DNA of 27,742 nt from a virus. Its lineage: Duplodnaviria; Caudoviricetes. The stretch lies in IMG/VR virus record IMGVR_UViG_3300014202_000453, positions 1 through 27,742 of that record; one strand, given 5' to 3'. Below are positions 25,753-27,742 of this stretch, in pieces. The notes beneath the pieces are model-generated. The model was not told where the DNA came from, did no database searches, and worked only from the letters and a program-made list of their open reading frames with translations. Positions within the stretch are counted from its first letter, which is position 1. Every line of letters begins with the position of its first letter. Position numbers and translations under genes: made by a program.

Positions 25753-26179
25753 GGATTGCTTGCTTAGCTAACAATCGTGTCTCTTCGTCAGCAACTATAG
25801 GCTGGCCGCCTGACGTAACGTCTGTTCTGTCTGAATACCCGTGTTTGGTAAGAATCAGTTTGGCTATGGTTGGGTTGTAGTCGCCGGAAAGCCCCATATT
25901 TACGAGCCTTTGCGCTTGCTCTGCGAGTATCTTCTCTAAAATGTCGGAAAATTCCTCATAAGTATCAGCCCACTCATAAACAGTTGAACGATGAATGCCT
26001 AAGTAAAGAGCTAGGCCTTCAATTGATGGCAGCTTAACTTTGACCCTGTGTTCGTATGAAGTTGATTTGTCTCCTTGCGATTTTACCCAGTCTTCCTCTT
26101 CGTCAACGCAATTTTCTAAGTATTCCTGAGCTTTCTTGAGGATTGCTGGCTTATATTTATTTGGTCTACCTGCTGGCAT
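25700..26179 (-). CDS. terS: Terminase small subunit (P22 gp3-like)
   Basis: MPAGRPNKY, PSIEGLALYLGIHRSTVYEW HTH, and a C-terminal DVTSGGQPI; overlaps TerL. Confidence 0.88.
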   Translation of the reverse strand: MPAGRPNKYKPAILKKAQEYLENCVDEEEDWVKSQGDKSTSYEHRVKVKLPSIEGLALYLGIHRSTVYEWADTYEEFSDILEKILAEQAQRLVNMGLSGDYNPTIAKLILTKHGYSDRTDVTSGGQPIVADEETRLLAKQAIHEFIARKNPGNGGQEKN

Positions 26180-26243
26180 TATTTCTTTTGGCTTAATTAA
26201 AAGGCGTTGTTAAGTAATGGTAACTAGGTGGGGATAACGTACC

Positions 26244-26272
26244 TGGACAGAATATAACTATAGGTATATGCT
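26244..26272 (+). promoter_or_regulatory. sigma70 promoter of the rightward arm
   Basis: TGGACA-17 nt-TATGCT, divergent from terS. Confidence 0.55.
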
Positions 26273-26299
26273 TAGTGTATAAGAAGTAACGAACAGCCA

Positions 26300-26434
26300 A
26301 TGCTCAGACAAACAGAGAAGCAGCAAAAGATCATTAAGCTTATTAAAAAAGGTCGAAGCTTAAGTGAGATCGCCAAACTTACCAACTCATCCTACCTGTA
26401 CGTTTGGAAAATCAGTAAACAAATAAAGAAATAA
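26300..26434 (+). CDS. 44-aa helix-turn-helix protein (MLRQTEKQQKIIKLIKKGRSLSEIAKLTNSSYLYVWKISKQIKK)
   Basis: G.SLSEIAK.T..S...V is an HTH pattern; first gene after the promoter; absent from the ORF track. Confidence 0.7.
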   Translation: MLRQTEKQQKIIKLIKKGRSLSEIAKLTNSSYLYVWKISKQIKK

Positions 26435-26435
26435 T

Positions 26436-26576
26436 ATGACCCTCAAATTCTATCGCGGCTCGTCTTATCTTTATGCAATGGCTCTATTCAACCCCTGGCT
26501 GAATATGGGCCGTAAACCGAGGATGACCTACGACTCACACGACGGTATGTACTTTGTCCGCTTCTATATTAAGTAA
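26436..26576 (+). CDS. 46-aa hypothetical protein
   Basis: ATG 1 nt after the HTH stop; TAA at 26574-26576. Confidence 0.55.
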   Translation: MTLKFYRGSSYLYAMALFNPWLNMGRKPRMTYDSHDGMYFVRFYIK

Positions 26577-26585
26577 ATCGAGTTT

Positions 26586-26672
26586 ATGACTATCTGTCAA
26601 CATTGCCTAAAGACTTATGCACAAATCGGAGAGCTATGCCGGTCGTGCTGGCTGCTCTTGGAGGGGAAATAA
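26586..26672 (+). CDS. 28-aa CxxC...CxxC microprotein
   Basis: MTICQHCLKTYAQIGELCRSCWLLLEGK, packed between its neighbours. Confidence 0.5.
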   Translation: MTICQHCLKTYAQIGELCRSCWLLLEGK

Positions 26673-26691
26673 CTAATAACATATATATTCT

Positions 26692-27309
26692 ATGCAAACA
26701 CTCTGGAAATCCTACAAGCAAGGATTAAAAAACGAACACGGTAAAGTTAAATGGGAGATCGGCAAGTGGCAACAGCAAACAGGTACTATACAAACCTGTA
26801 AAAACGGCTTTCACGCTTCAAGCCGGGCAATAGATGCAATGCGCTATGTCAATTGCGAAGTTCTCGCCATCGTGGAAGTTAAAGGTAAGAAAGATGAAGA
26901 GAAGGACAAGTCGGCTCACGAATATATGCGGATAAAGAAAGCATATATCTGGAAAAAAGGAGACTCTATAGCCCTAGCTATCTACGCCGCTGAACTTGTT
27001 ATAGGTGTTTACGAGAAGAAATTTCCAAATGATGACAGGCCTAGAAAAGCTATTGAAGCCGCAAAAGCGTACCTAGAGAATCCCACAGGCGCAGCAGACG
27101 CAGCAGCATACGCAGCAGCATACGCAGCATACGCAGCAGCAGACGCAGCAGCATACGCAGCAGCAGACGCAGCAGACGCAGCAGCATACGCAGCATACGC
27201 AGCAGCATACGCAGCAGCAGACGCAGCGGCAGACGCAGGTAAAATACTAGACCAATGCGAAGCGTTCATCCAGAAAAGAATTAAGACCTTAGAGGAGATA
27301 AAACAATGA
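26692..27309 (+). CDS. Phage protein with N-terminal C..GFHA domain and Imm5-like helical domain with Ala repeats
   Basis: WEIGKW...CKNGFHAS; LAIYAAELVIGVYEKKFPNDDRPRKAIEAAKAYL; poly(AAD/AAY). Confidence 0.75.
   Translation: MQTLWKSYKQGLKNEHGKVKWEIGKWQQQTGTIQTCKNGFHASSRAIDAMRYVNCEVLAIVEVKGKKDEEKDKSAHEYMRIKKAYIWKKGDSIALAIYAAELVIGVYEKKFPNDDRPRKAIEAAKAYLENPTGAADAAAYAAAYAAYAAADAAAYAAADAADAAAYAAYAAAYAAADAAADAGKILDQCEAFIQKRIKTLEEIKQ
27091..27237 (+). repeat. Coding tandem repeat (GCA)1-3 plus GAC or TAC
   Basis: About 147 nt built almost entirely from GCA, GAC and TAC codons. Confidence 0.9.
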
Positions 27310-27470
27310 CACTAGAATACGAATATATTCTGACAATGCCTGAGTTAGTAAGCCAGATAGACGAATGTGAAGGTAAACATACCCAGCAAGCGATATTCTC
27401 AACGTTCCATGGAGCGCTGACACAAATATGCTTTGGCTGCCTTAAAGTAAGAAGCACTATAAAACGATAA
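27306..27470 (+). CDS. 54-aa hypothetical protein (C...H...CFGC)
   Basis: ATGA overlap with the previous gene; TAA at 27468-27470. Confidence 0.6.
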   Translation: MTLEYEYILTMPELVSQIDECEGKHTQQAIFSTFHGALTQICFGCLKVRSTIKR

Positions 27471-27498
27471 ATAAACTAACAAAAACAAAAAAACCAAT

Positions 27499-27742
27499 AT
27501 GAAAGTAACCTCAATCAATAAAACCCCTATGCCACTCATACCTGAGACTAATGATGACCCTCCTAGTAAAAAGCGTAAGACCCTATGGCAACGCTTCTAC
27601 GCTTGGATAATCGGAAAACTTAATACCGCAGCTTTCCACCTCTCCCACTTCTATTTCTGGACAAAGCTTAACTGGCTCCTTCCTGTCCTTGCCCTCCTCG
27701 CTATCACCTGGCTCTTTGCCTTCTGCGCCCTTGAAAGCTGGT
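27499..27742 (+). CDS. Probable membrane protein, truncated by the window, reading frame ambiguous after ~27615
   Basis: ATG at 27499 after an A-rich leader; a TM-like segment is encoded in the -1 frame downstream. Confidence 0.4.
   Translation, partial: MKVTSINKTPMPLIPETNDDPPSKKRKTLWQRFYAWIIGKLNTAAFHLSHFYFWTKLNWLLPVLALLAITWLFAFCALESW

Noticed and set aside
27091-27237. DGR variable region or CRISPR array
   Set aside because: No reverse transcriptase or template repeat seen, variation is limited to GAC/TAC, and there are no unique spacers.
27009-27269. Antisense 86-aa Ala-rich ORF
   Set aside because: Shadow of the stop-free repeat on the opposite strand.
1-27742. Alternative genetic code (TGA=Gly or TAG=Gln)
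   Set aside because: Large genes are intact in code 11, TGA stops form ATGA overlaps (22174, 16577, 6464), and TAG ends genes at normal boundaries.

Overview
This window is most of a short-tailed (podovirus-type, P22/T7-like gene order) phage or prophage using the standard genetic code. The minus-strand arm (26179 to ~5360) runs TerS, TerL, portal, three small head genes, scaffold, major capsid, decoration/spike genes, a LamG protein, a signal-peptide-bearing glycoside hydrolase, adaptor, nozzle, tail fibre, two ejection proteins, then holin, M23 endolysin and a second holin-like gene. An accessory island at 2829-5100 carries a DUF4062/TIR-like gene and micro-ORFs with strong Shine-Dalgarno (SD) sites. 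Plus-strand early-type genes lie at both ends (gp32-like SSB, Gp157-like protein, small HTH, Imm5-like Ala-repeat protein). The core genes I inspected lack SD motifs, which fits a Patescibacteria/CPR-like host, but that is inference only. The main discovery is a ~206-codon lysozyme-like (VgrG3 C-terminal type) domain with no usable start codon, in the -1 frame directly behind the first ejection gene. A canonical slippery heptamer C CCA AAA abuts that gene's stop codon, predicting a programmed -1 frameshift that adds a peptidoglycan hydrolase to a fraction of ejection-protein copies. Other notable items are a leaderless antisense 24-aa membrane peptide in the sieA-like position, a terminator/antiterminator RNA switch before the scaffold-capsid genes, and a structured-leader 35-aa peptide unit. 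Family assignments come from motif recognition by eye, not database searches.
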